Virus record (IMG/VR): IMGVR_UViG_3300042291_001013
Strand: one strand, 5' to 3'
DNA from: a virus
Taxonomy: Duplodnaviria > Caudoviricetes
DNA: 64,000 bases
Shown here: one piece after another, positions 25,301-30,479 of the stretch
How positions within the stretch are numbered: the first letter of the stretch is position 1
Layout of the letters: every line of letters starts with the position of its first letter
The notes under the pieces: generated by a model
Databases searched by the model: none
What the model saw: the letters and a program-made list of their open reading frames with translations, nothing else
What the model was told of the DNA's origin: nothing
Program-made: the position numbers and the translations under genes

Positions 25301-25728
25301 ATACTGGACGCGGAAACTTGTTGCCAGAGCAGTATCAAGACTATGTGGTCAAAGACAACAGCATGGGCGATGGTACAACCACTGTGTTCTACGCTCCAAG
25401 TATTGTGTTTGAAGATTTCTTGGACTCCAGCAGTGAGCGTCCTGCAATTGAAGTTTATGTGGGCGGCACCCGTCAATACGCTTATAGTGATACTAGCGCA
25501 ACTTCAAAGTATCGATATTTTGTAACTGACTTTGACCCACTGGCGGTGGACTTTATTGTGGATAACAATGTAATACCTCCACTCACAGCCCCAGCAGCCG
25601 GCGAAGAAGTAACGATCTTGGTACGTCAAGGAATCAGCTGGTATCAGCCAGGACTAACCACTGCTAGCGACGGTATTGCCCTGCAAGATACAGAAACGTT
25701 CCAGGCAAGGTTCTTGCGTGGTCTATAA
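10321..25728 (+). CDS. Giant virion structural protein (5135 aa; baseplate wedge/fibre-like, multi-domain)
   Basis: Single uninterrupted ORF whose start overlaps the gp6 stop (TAATG). It contains FG-GAP-like repeats, three CBM5/12-like W..Y motifs, a GSGYNATPTVTF repeat and GDG-T-x-x-F repeats. The position after gp6 corresponds to the gp7 slot. Confidence 0.75.
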   Translation: MATVRSVDFLPEIFQTDANKQFLRATLDQLIQEPKFKKTQGFIGRTVGPGVNPNDKYVVEPTDTRANYQLEPGVISLVPDTDTIQNAITYPGLNDAIGFQGGNNGRPDRLYESEYYSWDPFVDFDSFVNFSQYFWLPNGPEVVDVAATGVATSDNFIVDRENGVYTFSGVAGENPIIELVRGGSYTFQVAQNNKETVNYRVRNQGISSYVIDFQNNPTLTLSRGNTYVFNLTLNGDFPFWIKTAPVTGLGSPYNSGVSRNGAVTGLVTFTVPQDAPDTLYYISQTQSNMQGELNIVDGVPGTGPGFWIQAAPGVSGLIPTTPNISSRDVFGVTGNGEDLGTIVFNVPSKTAQSFYYDLNPITSIDLITGLKFDEINNQPVDQFILQYGGIDGITNLNGRTLIFTNPLTDDTDGGWLRTTLFDPLEPGAANNGLAGSFDSLPYDQTLIIEPEQRYQRWQISYVNVAGTNYLYCSKIADIAPLDKFNIGYGNTYSNTQWYKDATGTFKQVPLLTAVQDTLYYQDGTDPEIFGTIKLLEQTGASTLFVDQILGRKTYTSPNGVEFSNGLKVRFTSDVSPASYGSGTTSITYTETESGTNYITSNSSNNLYVGEQIVFNSPSLGGLLPGQTYYVRSIAASGLKFTVSTVDGGPAVSLLTGTGTAFATSISNVEYYVSGVGTSIELLPVRDFTTPETYVVDAFDSTIATEPDQLDYLTISRASKDLNAWTRSNRWFHIDVINATADYNNSVAVLDNNYRAKRPVIQFRPGIRLWNMGTSGKAPVDIIDFDETDAFSNIEGSTSYSTDGYTFVEGTRVIFAADTDADVRDKIYIVSFVTPDTVAPLIAQPIIVLTLAADGLISLDQSTVCLYGNSLQGLTFWYDGTEWTQAQQKTGVQQAPLFNVYDPQSVSFGDGTKYQSTTFAGSKLFSYAVGDSSILDPVLQFPLQYLNINNVGDIVFVNNLYNDTFLYVVDNVSVTSDISSGSVREYTTRETYQKLLGWQTAISDSKVYQQFKFSYSGTTLKLDVSVLNQVTSAVPVIKVYFGSEFQDPGTYTYITTSNSTTITLNGTYVLGDIIEVLALSNQTSQAAFYQVPNNLESNPLNANSPNFTLGTIRQHYQSICENLLTLRGPVNGANNTRDLGDIIPYGLTILQQSSPLTLAGYFMRSQDYNIFAALQYNSQEYLKFKAQMLDSVISQNIGFNSTAQILDTAIQNITLGKLDSQPFYWGDMIPQGVTTYSNSYTVSFITRPTFDTVQVYNFESANYLGLCVYINDVILVRGVDYDVATDGPRLTITRTLNLGDIVLINEYSETYGAFVPNTPTKMGLYPAYIPVITDQVTSTGTETVIIGHDGSVTKAFGDLRDEVLLEFEKRVYSNLKLDGNPVPITIEEVLPGEFRETGFTFEEINTIFAQDLLSYCGWNKLDYKTQNFSANNEFTWNYSTATNKLNNENLLGAWRGIYRYFYDTQQPSLSPWEMLGLAEKPLWWEGRYGTAPYTSDNLVLWDDLEAGYVADPVAPFYRPEYARPGLTKVIPVDDQGNLVSPFVSVVSNYQENQFQKSWAIGDGGPVEASWWNSSAYPFSVMHVLAVTRPAKFFALFADRDRYKYNEDYQQYLYDNRYRLDANGVQVYGNGVSKASFMDWIVDFNRQTGINSTDALQADLKSLDVRLCYRMASFSDKQYIKLYTEKSSPNSTNTALQIPDESYNVLLYKNQPFDRVIYSSVAVQKVAGGYAVFGYGNSQPYFNILESKAVGKMQTITTSGITIKVPTFYTDNVVQVPYGFIFTNATSVADFLLSYGQFLQRQGLAFTNIANGYVLDWGRMVNEFLYWTAQGWGEDAIINLNPLAAGLDITRPQAIVDSVNAETTENLILDQNSREISSRNLNVVRLGNYFSIQPLSTQSLSYIDLRYTNYEHMIVLDNQSVFGDLIYDPITGARQSRLNLIAATSDEWNGSVDAPGFILNQDNVEEWTGLRTYTKGEIVKYKNVYWSALTIVQPTDKFDFNVWTQSDFTQTEIGLLPNLANKANQLANSYDINQANLEGDNDLLSYGLTGFRPRQYMSALNLDDVSQLNVYRQFIGDKGSVLSAELFKSANLGKESADYDIFENWAVQRAVYGANANRSFFELRLNRALLNPNPSLIQVVIPQQQSSADQQILLSAVWRQSYKLTSPDILPTTIELPTDIGLPTAGYVNLDDADITVFDINNPASLNANIDNIEVGTSIWVAKVNSYDWNIYRAQAVPGVIQHVCDNLNGTSRVIFSQNHGLVAGNKLIIKFFDTEINGVYQVLSVSNLTTVNISFRFTGSRTVANGSGLGYTLQTMRVSQASDVINLPYANNILPGAKVWVDDNGQGLWEVLEKNEVFSDVTSLSPILLDAGEQYGSSVAQAQNRLAALVGSPRYGFGNVSDPELAQGALYLYVKAYTDQYQPVTPLGNTDAVFKLDATGIRGYGNAVDFGNQAWAIAGASNSTDQLSMSIIAASGDGSTVTITFPTMTSAPFSIGDSVVITGVNPDSYNGTWTLTNCTSSQLQFASTNTNIYLSGGKITQNSNYSTQVGTACVIYRDPALGQPGAVPFAQWQLLTPPAVTSPFGAPGTREFGYSVAMSLDERWAYVGSPATNEVHAYGRVDYENQFARARGDGVTKTYNIADRIQINASTQLKITIDGTIQTLGTNYTVAPSLGSVTFTIAPPADTLIDIQRIFTQQLDAQNYYDVIQSATSGSGTGAKFTIVRVRGQVGQTPGGEGSVGTTSLGSGYAVNDTIDIAASTFGGGSSPANDIVLTVLTVGTGGALGLFSIAYTAPTLTSTFSLNEYFFTATTINSFSVTVDDALQRPNLDYTFNTTTDDLRFENVPPAGSVIIVNAQGYFEYVSTIDTSDVPGGLVAGDRFGESIAITTDGRQIMVGAPDSGINGETESGAVYIFDRNVQKFIYNSDNSTISGYEFTLLGTPVGPISVIVNNVFLQNEYTTLPSAPNTFEWNGANTVTINAELQTGDIVEIETNQFRFVQRVDQETAAEFSNFGQAVDICPYNCSLYVGEPNSSVQVFKGGIVERNVNQSRIYGTTTATTANPTLAAASTIRVNDMDVLVPGSWSSASTYPVNTVVTNTVGSTTTIYLSLQAVPALTLITNTSYWQVITSTTVLASVNVRALAAQINVSVPNVSATVDVNGYMTIAVKNNDAAAEFNKVQVAPGSGSGTSFNNLGFETFVWTQNILSPYPVDYAQFGGSVSIDDSAVNLVVGAPNGTLYLETVFDDGTTFFDSGSTIFFTIIVQSGAAYTFDYLPSSSLVVTNPGKFVFGQQVSNSEVQSLDSFGVAVNYTGGVLMVGAPKNDVGDSTSAFGAVFVFENPNRLPAWTIQTIEQPVVDVRLLNSVFLYDRISSAVTEHLDWLNPLQGKILGAARQNIDYIGAVDPASYNVGPLNVRGTTWVGGHLGEIWWDTSSVRFIDPNQDDITYAARRWSQVFPGSEIDVYQWIVSSVPPAQYIGEGVIKDTLSYVVNSRLTKDGTIATDYYFWVRGITVTATALGKTLPASTVANYIENPRASGIPYVAPINASTIAIYNSGDYIEAQDTIIHIEFDRELTNDNVHVEYELIPQDRADGFLSGNLYRKLQDSFCGVDSFGNLVPDPNLSIAERYGVQFRPRQSMFVDRFAALKNYLNRCNTVLAQYTIAESRSFNLLNSAEPEPGSSTGLWNLRVANLEILGFQNIYTVPLGYRYLVVTDSSNRGLWTIYTVENSDQIPGERALILTRVQGYNTPDYWSYIDWYRPGYNSSTKVITEVPVFSSLTTLEVAVGSSVKVTANAQGKWEIYLRTDLGYERVGLQDGTIEFSAELHDYALGRFGFDVEVFDAQYYDQEPVIETRKVIQAINEELFVDDLAIQRNKALVLMFNYVLSEFSAPEWLVKTSLIDVDHRIRDLVPYQNYVRDNQEFVSDYIQEVKPYHVSVREFNLKYTGFDEFFGDMSDFDVPAYYDVSLEVPQYVSPILLPYYHSDSFNAAFNTKSDVPANSTVWTSWPWSQWYNNYLLTLDDIRMIEFGVGYTEAPQVVITGSATVPATAVAVINSVGQVVAINIVDAGSGYNATPTVTFNGGNGSGAKAYPIMNYDAVTDTPTGLVRSFKTVIKYDRFQYVSSVLTWSPDGTYQDGTLVRYEDRVWQASSPDSTAVVGPDFNLEDWTPVNAGTYNNGLGLTGVDRTMGLYVAGVNNPGLELPLLIDGVDYPGVQVYGDYFLGNPTFVDAEYTSEFTDATLGDRFSDINADGGQFIGPYEGHAPEELVNGSEYDTLDFRVYTRPGSDWSFDGHGFQLGSRRFIFTPALTSTFSWADVVDRPVEIVVSNQTQGVDLRKNIDYSVDYNEQTITINTGVADGEIINITVYELGGGSQLFRNNYNGGDVGDSVVIPVNSVEITDIAVFSNGELTTGISWEPYVDSVTWDIVDPYSKFDTVKSTAAFAGSVTGTTLTVTAVTSGTVIAGQFITGAYVESNTFVVDQIEPLLFGETLGGIGRYNVTVSQTGFPGNIVGASFYRALQNVPAGTNITETLYWFKFVPTLQTLVNFGTTYTGAEGLALVAFSLTTVSAGNFAVGNTYTIASLGTTNFTAIGAASNTVGTQFTATGVGTGSGTATYDYSWSTPQVQYFVVDNNTVSTKTFILTNSLQGSNNANMIVTRNGLRLRPYEGIEWFGDGSSTEFGLPQRGGFGQDIIDAPNDIFVWVDNVLQPQSFGAQSGTYSVSNYTGSNTPGRQVVFNDPPPAGVRILISVDTQADYTIISNQLQIITSVNVGDSIAVTTWNDTAQQAPLTLVFQGPIVTGVTVAEGYDSTVFDAAAISETPGSFDFSTGTAVANNDFWLERAGVEASRLWVTLDGQRLFEGQDFVVAGEYLELSSGAIGTLQILAVTEFTSSLVPEAMAFRIFQDMRGVQATYRITAATSTFVAQPIGQTDSVIYVDDVRKLSEPALDVGIFGVVTINGERIMYRTVNYDNNSITGLLRGTAGTAAADHDVGTDVYDTGRGNLLPEQYQDYVVKDNSMGDGTTTVFYAPSIVFEDFLDSSSERPAIEVYVGGTRQYAYSDTSATSKYRYFVTDFDPLAVDFIVDNNVIPPLTAPAAGEEVTILVRQGISWYQPGLTTASDGIALQDTETFQARFLRGL

Positions 25729-25732
25729 CCTA

Positions 25733-25740
25733 GGTAAATA
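25733..25740 (+). promoter_or_regulatory. Late promoter-like element (GGTAAATA)
   Basis: TAAATA core in the gap after the giant ORF, 7 nt before the ATG at 25748. Confidence 0.55.
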
Positions 25741-25747
25741 AAATATC

Positions 25748-25897
25748 ATGTCAACTACCCCGCAAAAACAGACCGCACAACCCGCCCCACAGGCCAAACC
25801 GCGCCGACCCAACGAAACTGGGTCGATCAGCGTACAAGCTCACATGCGTATTTTTGATCCAAAAACACAGAAAACATACGTGGAGGGACGAGCATGA
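25748..25897 (+). CDS. Small 49-aa protein not in the ORF track, similar to the N-terminus of the next gene
   Basis: Hand translation: MSTTPQKQTAQPAPQAKPRRPNETGSISVQAHMRIFDPKTQKTYVEGRA*. It fills the gap exactly, follows TAAATA, and has an ATGA overlap with 25894. Confidence 0.75.
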   Translation: MSTTPQKQTAQPAPQAKPRRPNETGSISVQAHMRIFDPKTQKTYVEGRA

Positions 25898-26499
25898 TAG
25901 TACCCGGATTGTGCAAGATTGAGGGATTTGTAAAGATACACAACCCCAAAACTGGTGAAGTTCTAGTGGACAAAAAGAACGCAATTCACTATGAAAACAT
26001 TTCAGTGGCCATGGCACAAACTCTTAGTGATCGTGGCCTGGGATACATATACGAAATGGCATTTGGCAACGGCGGTAGCTCAGTAGACCCCACTGGCGTT
26101 ATCACATACTTGCCCCCAAACACCACAGGCCAAAACGCTGACCTGTACAACCAAACTTATTCTAAAGTTGTAAACGATAACTCTGCGGCAGACACTGACC
26201 CGGCCAACAACAAAATGACAGTTTTGCACACAGCCGGCAATGTTTATACAGATATCTTAGTAACTTGTTTGTTGGACTATGGCGAGCCCCCAGAACAGCA
26301 GGCATTTGACAACTCAACCAACTTCAACGGTGAGTTTGTTTTTGATGAACTTGGGCTAAAATCATGGAACGGGGCCGCAGATAATTTGCGCTTGATCACT
26401 CATGTGATTTTCCACCCCGTACAAAAGAGTTTGAACCGTCAAATTCAAATTGACTACACATTGAGAATTCAGACGTTGAGCAATATCAACGCTGTATAA
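25894..26499 (+). CDS. Structural protein, probably baseplate/tail-fibre attachment (tail-collar-like)
   Basis: 201 aa; MAFGNGG...FVFDELGL...HVIFHPVQKSLNRQIQIDYTLRI resembles fibre-attachment domains; sits between the giant protein and the fibre. Confidence 0.45.
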   Translation: MIVPGLCKIEGFVKIHNPKTGEVLVDKKNAIHYENISVAMAQTLSDRGLGYIYEMAFGNGGSSVDPTGVITYLPPNTTGQNADLYNQTYSKVVNDNSAADTDPANNKMTVLHTAGNVYTDILVTCLLDYGEPPEQQAFDNSTNFNGEFVFDELGLKSWNGAADNLRLITHVIFHPVQKSLNRQIQIDYTLRIQTLSNINAV

Positions 26500-26502
26500 A
26501 TA
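26495..26502 (+). promoter_or_regulatory. T4-type late promoter (perfect TATAAATA)
   Basis: Exact consensus overlapping the TAA stop of 25894-26499, upstream of the tail fibre gene. Confidence 0.8.
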
Positions 26503-26526
26503 TAGAAATAGGAACAGGTAACTGAC

Positions 26527-28317
26527 ATGGCTTATGTAATTAACTTAACTGACGGCAGCACGTTTGCAACAATCGCAGACGGTACCGTCAACACTGCCAG
26601 TAGCATGATATTGGTGGGTAAAAACTACGCCGGTTACGGCGAGTTTTTAGACGAAAACTTTATTCACTTGCTAGAATGTGGATCAAACACCACAGCACCG
26701 GCAGCACCGCTGACTGGGCAACTGTGGTGGGACAAGACCAACAACTTGCTCAAAGTCTATAACGGCACAACATTTAAAACAATTTCAGCGGCAACTGCAA
26801 GTGCAACAGCACCTACTTCCAACGTTGCTGGTGACCTGTGGTACGATTCAGTTAACCAACAGTTGAAAGTCTACACTGGAGCGGCATTTATTGTAGTTGG
26901 TCCAGCATTCACAAGCTCACAAGGTACTACTGGTGCTATTCCTGAAACCATTAATGACTCTGGTTCCACCCCGCACTTTATTACCAGCTTGTATGTTAAC
27001 TCAACACGAGTAGCTATTGTTAGTAAAGACGCCAGCTTTACCCCAGCGGCACCTATTAACACAACCTTTCCCACAATCTTTTGCGGTATCACACTGGCCA
27101 GTTCTGGTCTGGGTGCCACTGCTGTGTTTGCTGGTAGTGCAACCAACGCCCAGTTGCTTGACAACTTGGACAGCACTGACTTCATGCGAGCCACAGCCAA
27201 CACTGCAACCACTGGTACTGTCAAGGTATTGAATGACACTGGTTTCTTTGTTGGTACAGCCAACGTATTCAACGTCAACACCACAGCCACTGATGCCAAT
27301 ATCAAGAGTGATATTTCAGGCGGTAACTTGCGTATTCAAGCCAACGTGGGCGGAACTACATTTACTGTGGCTCAGGCCCTGGGTGCCACTGGTGTATTTG
27401 CCGTGAGCAATGCAATGACCGTGGGCACCACAGCCAGCGTGACTGGTAACATCACTGGCGGTAACATTGTCACTGCTGGTTTGGTAACATCAACTGGTAA
27501 CGTTCGTGGTGGTAACATTGTTAGTGTTGCAACAGTTTCGGGCGTTAGTATTGTGGCCAGCGGTAACGTTGACGGCGGTAACATTCAAACTTCTGGTTTG
27601 GTCAGCGCCACAGGTAACGTTACATCAGCCGCTAATATTGCTGGTACATATTTCATTGGTAACGGTTCGCAACTGACAGGCTTGAGCTTGGGTGTTAGCG
27701 TTACCAAATTCGTTAACGGTACCACTGAAGGTAACGTTGGTGCCACAAACGGTAACATCAACTTCAACGTGGGCGGTGTAGCCAACGTTGTGGTAATTGA
27801 CACAAACACTGTGTATGCCAACATTGTTAGTGTGCGATCAATTGCCAAGACTGGTACCAACGCAGTTGGTAACATTGGTTCTAGTTCCAACTACTTTAAC
27901 CAAGTGTTTGCCACAGCCACAACAGCCTTGTACGCTGACGTTGCAGAACGCTTTGAAGCTGATGAATTGCTTGAGCCTGGCACAGTTGTTGAACTGGGCG
28001 GTGTCAAAGAAATCACACGTTCCACAACTGATTTGAGTGAAAATGTGTTTGGCGTGATAAGTACTAGACCAGCATACACCATGAACGGTGGCGCAGGCGA
28101 AGATGACACTCACCCCAAGGTAGCTATGACTGGTCGAGTACCAGTAAAAGTCATTGGCTACATCAAGAAAGGCGACAGATTGGTGTCTGCAGGTGAAGGC
28201 CTAGCAAGATCTGCCGCACCTGGTGAAGCAACAGCTTTCAACACAATTGGCCGAGCCTTGGTTGACAAACACACCCCAGAATCAGGTACAATTGAAGCTA
28301 TTGTAACAATAAAATAA
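26527..28317 (+). CDS. Tail fibre/spike with C-terminal intramolecular chaperone (peptidase G2-like autocleavage domain)
   Basis: GQLWWD/GDLWYD motifs, GN(I/V)xGGNI beta repeats, and C-terminal YADVAERF...PGTVV...GVIST.PAY.MN...VAMTGRVPVKV.G.IKKGDRLVS. Confidence 0.8.
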   Translation: MAYVINLTDGSTFATIADGTVNTASSMILVGKNYAGYGEFLDENFIHLLECGSNTTAPAAPLTGQLWWDKTNNLLKVYNGTTFKTISAATASATAPTSNVAGDLWYDSVNQQLKVYTGAAFIVVGPAFTSSQGTTGAIPETINDSGSTPHFITSLYVNSTRVAIVSKDASFTPAAPINTTFPTIFCGITLASSGLGATAVFAGSATNAQLLDNLDSTDFMRATANTATTGTVKVLNDTGFFVGTANVFNVNTTATDANIKSDISGGNLRIQANVGGTTFTVAQALGATGVFAVSNAMTVGTTASVTGNITGGNIVTAGLVTSTGNVRGGNIVSVATVSGVSIVASGNVDGGNIQTSGLVSATGNVTSAANIAGTYFIGNGSQLTGLSLGVSVTKFVNGTTEGNVGATNGNINFNVGGVANVVVIDTNTVYANIVSVRSIAKTGTNAVGNIGSSSNYFNQVFATATTALYADVAERFEADELLEPGTVVELGGVKEITRSTTDLSENVFGVISTRPAYTMNGGAGEDDTHPKVAMTGRVPVKVIGYIKKGDRLVSAGEGLARSAAPGEATAFNTIGRALVDKHTPESGTIEAIVTIK

Positions 28318-28330
28318 GTAGGAAACAGGA

Positions 28331-29287
28331 ATGACATACGTATCCGCAGGATTAATACAGGCCACAGACTACAATGGTTTTGTAAGTACCAATGGCGCCA
28401 ACGTCAATGCTATTTGGAGTACCGGCACTAGTGATCGTGGATATGGTCAATCTGCTATTACCACGGTAAGCGCCGCAGGAACAGTGTCAGCTACACAATG
28501 GGCCAGTTTGGTAAACACATTGGCTTCAATTGGCAGTCAGCAAAACACATCAATTGTTCCTAGAACAGCACCAACTACCGGTACGCTGGTTAGTATTTTG
28601 CCCACTATCAGCACTGACATCACCAACCTAACAACGTTAAGAAACAATGCTGTGGCAGTGGGTGCTCAATTTACCGGCTGGTCAGGAACAAACTCAAAAA
28701 CAGCCGCAACATCGGGCGCTACCTGGACCATTACTTTTACCAATACAATTACCTGGGCCAGTGCAGATGCCGCACGTTACTTCTTCAACGCTGGCGGATT
28801 GGTCAAACTAGATGTAAGCAAAACTGCTACTGGTGCGCTGGGCGATCCTGAATGGAACGACTTGGCCAACACGCTTTGCGGTGATATCTATATTTCTGGC
28901 GCGGCAGCCAGCCATACCATTGCTGGCACAGCATACACCGGCGTGACCAAGGTTGGTGGTGCTGGTTTACCAAACACCCTGGCAACTACTCTGGGTTGGT
29001 ACAACCTTACGACAACAAACCAAATTATCTACAAGCAGTTTGCTGACACAGCCCCATACACCAACAACTTTATCCAACATTCAGCACGTACAGCTGGAAC
29101 AGGTACACAGTTGATCATAACCACATTATGGTCAGCTAGTGACGGTGATGCAATTTCGGGTGGTACTGCAAGTTCGGGTGCAACACCTGGCACAGCACCA
29201 ACAACCATTGCCACCTATTTCCCGCCCAGCACAACTTATCTAAGCAACAGCTGGGGCACACCCACTGTAGCGGCAACAACAACTTAA
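28331..29287 (+). CDS. Virion structural protein (T/A/G-rich beta protein, fibre-associated)
   Basis: 318 aa, Thr/Ala/Gly-rich, with ARYFFNAGG; AGGA SD; last gene before the terminator. Confidence 0.55.
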   Translation: MTYVSAGLIQATDYNGFVSTNGANVNAIWSTGTSDRGYGQSAITTVSAAGTVSATQWASLVNTLASIGSQQNTSIVPRTAPTTGTLVSILPTISTDITNLTTLRNNAVAVGAQFTGWSGTNSKTAATSGATWTITFTNTITWASADAARYFFNAGGLVKLDVSKTATGALGDPEWNDLANTLCGDIYISGAAASHTIAGTAYTGVTKVGGAGLPNTLATTLGWYNLTTTNQIIYKQFADTAPYTNNFIQHSARTAGTGTQLIITTLWSASDGDAISGGTASSGATPGTAPTTIATYFPPSTTYLSNSWGTPTVAATTT

Positions 29288-29292
29288 TCCAA

Positions 29293-29318
29293 AAAGGGGC
29301 AATTGCCCCTTTACTTTT
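29293..29318 (+). terminator. Intrinsic terminator ending the structural module
   Basis: Perfect 20-bp palindrome AAAGGGGC-AATT-GCCCCTTT (29293-29312) followed by ACTTTT, 5 nt after the stop codon. Confidence 0.75.
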
Positions 29319-29338
29319 CCCTGAAATTTTGTTATAAT
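29310..29338 (+). promoter_or_regulatory. sigma70-type promoter with extended -10 driving the enzyme operon
   Basis: TTTACT (29310-15), 17-nt spacer, TATAAT (29333-38) preceded by TGn; ATG at 29344. Confidence 0.7.
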
Positions 29339-29343
29339 ACAGC

Positions 29344-29652
29344 ATGGATACCAATGCCTTGATTGCTCACGCACGAGCAAGATTTAATCATGCGGCTTCA
29401 AAACGGCTGCTCAAAGAAAAGTACGAAGCTCGGATGCTGTTTGCCTATGCTGGCGGCATGTGGCGTGCTGGCCCAGAATTACTGGCCCTGCTACAAAGTG
29501 TGCCTGTTGAAGATGATATTGTGTTACTGGACTTGTATGAAAATCCTGTAAAAGTATCACCACTAGAACTACAACACCTAGCAATGCAACGTTGGCAAGA
29601 GCAAATGAATGCTTGGTTAGTAGAACATGAAGAAAATGCTAGCAAACGATGA
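29344..29652 (+). CDS. Hypothetical protein (102 aa), first gene of the enzyme operon
   Basis: Clean ORF with ATGA overlap into 29649; no recognisable motif. Confidence 0.75.
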   Translation: MDTNALIAHARARFNHAASKRLLKEKYEARMLFAYAGGMWRAGPELLALLQSVPVEDDIVLLDLYENPVKVSPLELQHLAMQRWQEQMNAWLVEHEENASKR

Positions 29653-30479
29653 CTACTGGCGCACTGATATTTGCATTCGACAATGAACAAACCGATTATG
29701 TTGCTATGGCTGGATGGAGTGCTGAAAACATTCACCGGCACCTTGACATTCCAGTGGCCGTTGTTACCAATGCCCCAGACCAAGCACGAGCGTACTCAGG
29801 AATTGATAGAGTCATTGAAGCGGTACCTGAATCTGGGGGAACCCGTTATTTTGAGGATTATCAAAGTACTGTTACATGGCACAACGCTGGTCGTGTGGAC
29901 GCCTATGCGCTTTCGCCGTGGGAACGGACCTTGGTACTAGATGCTGACTATGTTGTGGCCAGTTCACAGCTACGTCCAGTTCTAAACAGCAATCAAGAAT
30001 TTTTGTGCTACAAAAATGCCATGAGTGTAAACGGTGATCTAGACGGGCTCAATGTATTTGGGCAACATCGTTTTCCCATGTGGTGGGCTACAGTAATGTA
30101 TTTTCAAAAATGCAACCATGCCAAGTTTGTATTTGACAGCATGAATATGATAAGACAAAACTGGCAACACTACCGTGATATATATGGCATTGATCGCAAA
30201 ACATATCGCAATGACTTTGCGCTGAGTATTGCACTGGGAATAGTAAGTGGGCACACTCTGGACGTAGATGAGATTCCTGGGTCTTTGGTCAGTGTCATGC
30301 CTGAACATAGATTAACAAAACTAGACAAGGATTTTTATCAAGTACAGTATGCTGACACCCAAGGAAAGCCACAACGTGTGGGCCTGGCAGGCATGGATTT
30401 TCATGCCATGGGCAAACGAGATTTAGGAGAGATAGTTGAGACCGATAGCAGAACAAGGCTTCTTGATAGTTGCCATTAA
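29649..30479 (+). CDS. Glycosyltransferase, GT-A fold (GT8/Mnn-type mannosyltransferase-like)
   Basis: RVDAYALSPWERTLVLDADY (DxD), MWWATVMYF, RNDFALSIA, HAMGK. Confidence 0.7.
   Translation: MTTGALIFAFDNEQTDYVAMAGWSAENIHRHLDIPVAVVTNAPDQARAYSGIDRVIEAVPESGGTRYFEDYQSTVTWHNAGRVDAYALSPWERTLVLDADYVVASSQLRPVLNSNQEFLCYKNAMSVNGDLDGLNVFGQHRFPMWWATVMYFQKCNHAKFVFDSMNMIRQNWQHYRDIYGIDRKTYRNDFALSIALGIVSGHTLDVDEIPGSLVSVMPEHRLTKLDKDFYQVQYADTQGKPQRVGLAGMDFHAMGKRDLGEIVETDSRTRLLDSCH

Noticed and set aside
10321-25728. Intein, intron or programmed frameshift explaining the giant ORF
   Set aside because: No LAGLIDADG/HNH or intein-terminal (C...HN) signature was noticed and the frame is continuous. An HMM scan would be needed to exclude a mini-intein fully.
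1-29287. Type VI secretion system or extracellular contractile injection system
   Set aside because: The spike, gp25 and gp6 are shared with these systems, but T4-type late promoters, a tail fibre with chaperone domain, thyX and phage-style early genes indicate a phage. No TssJLM, ClpV or toxin/immunity genes are present.
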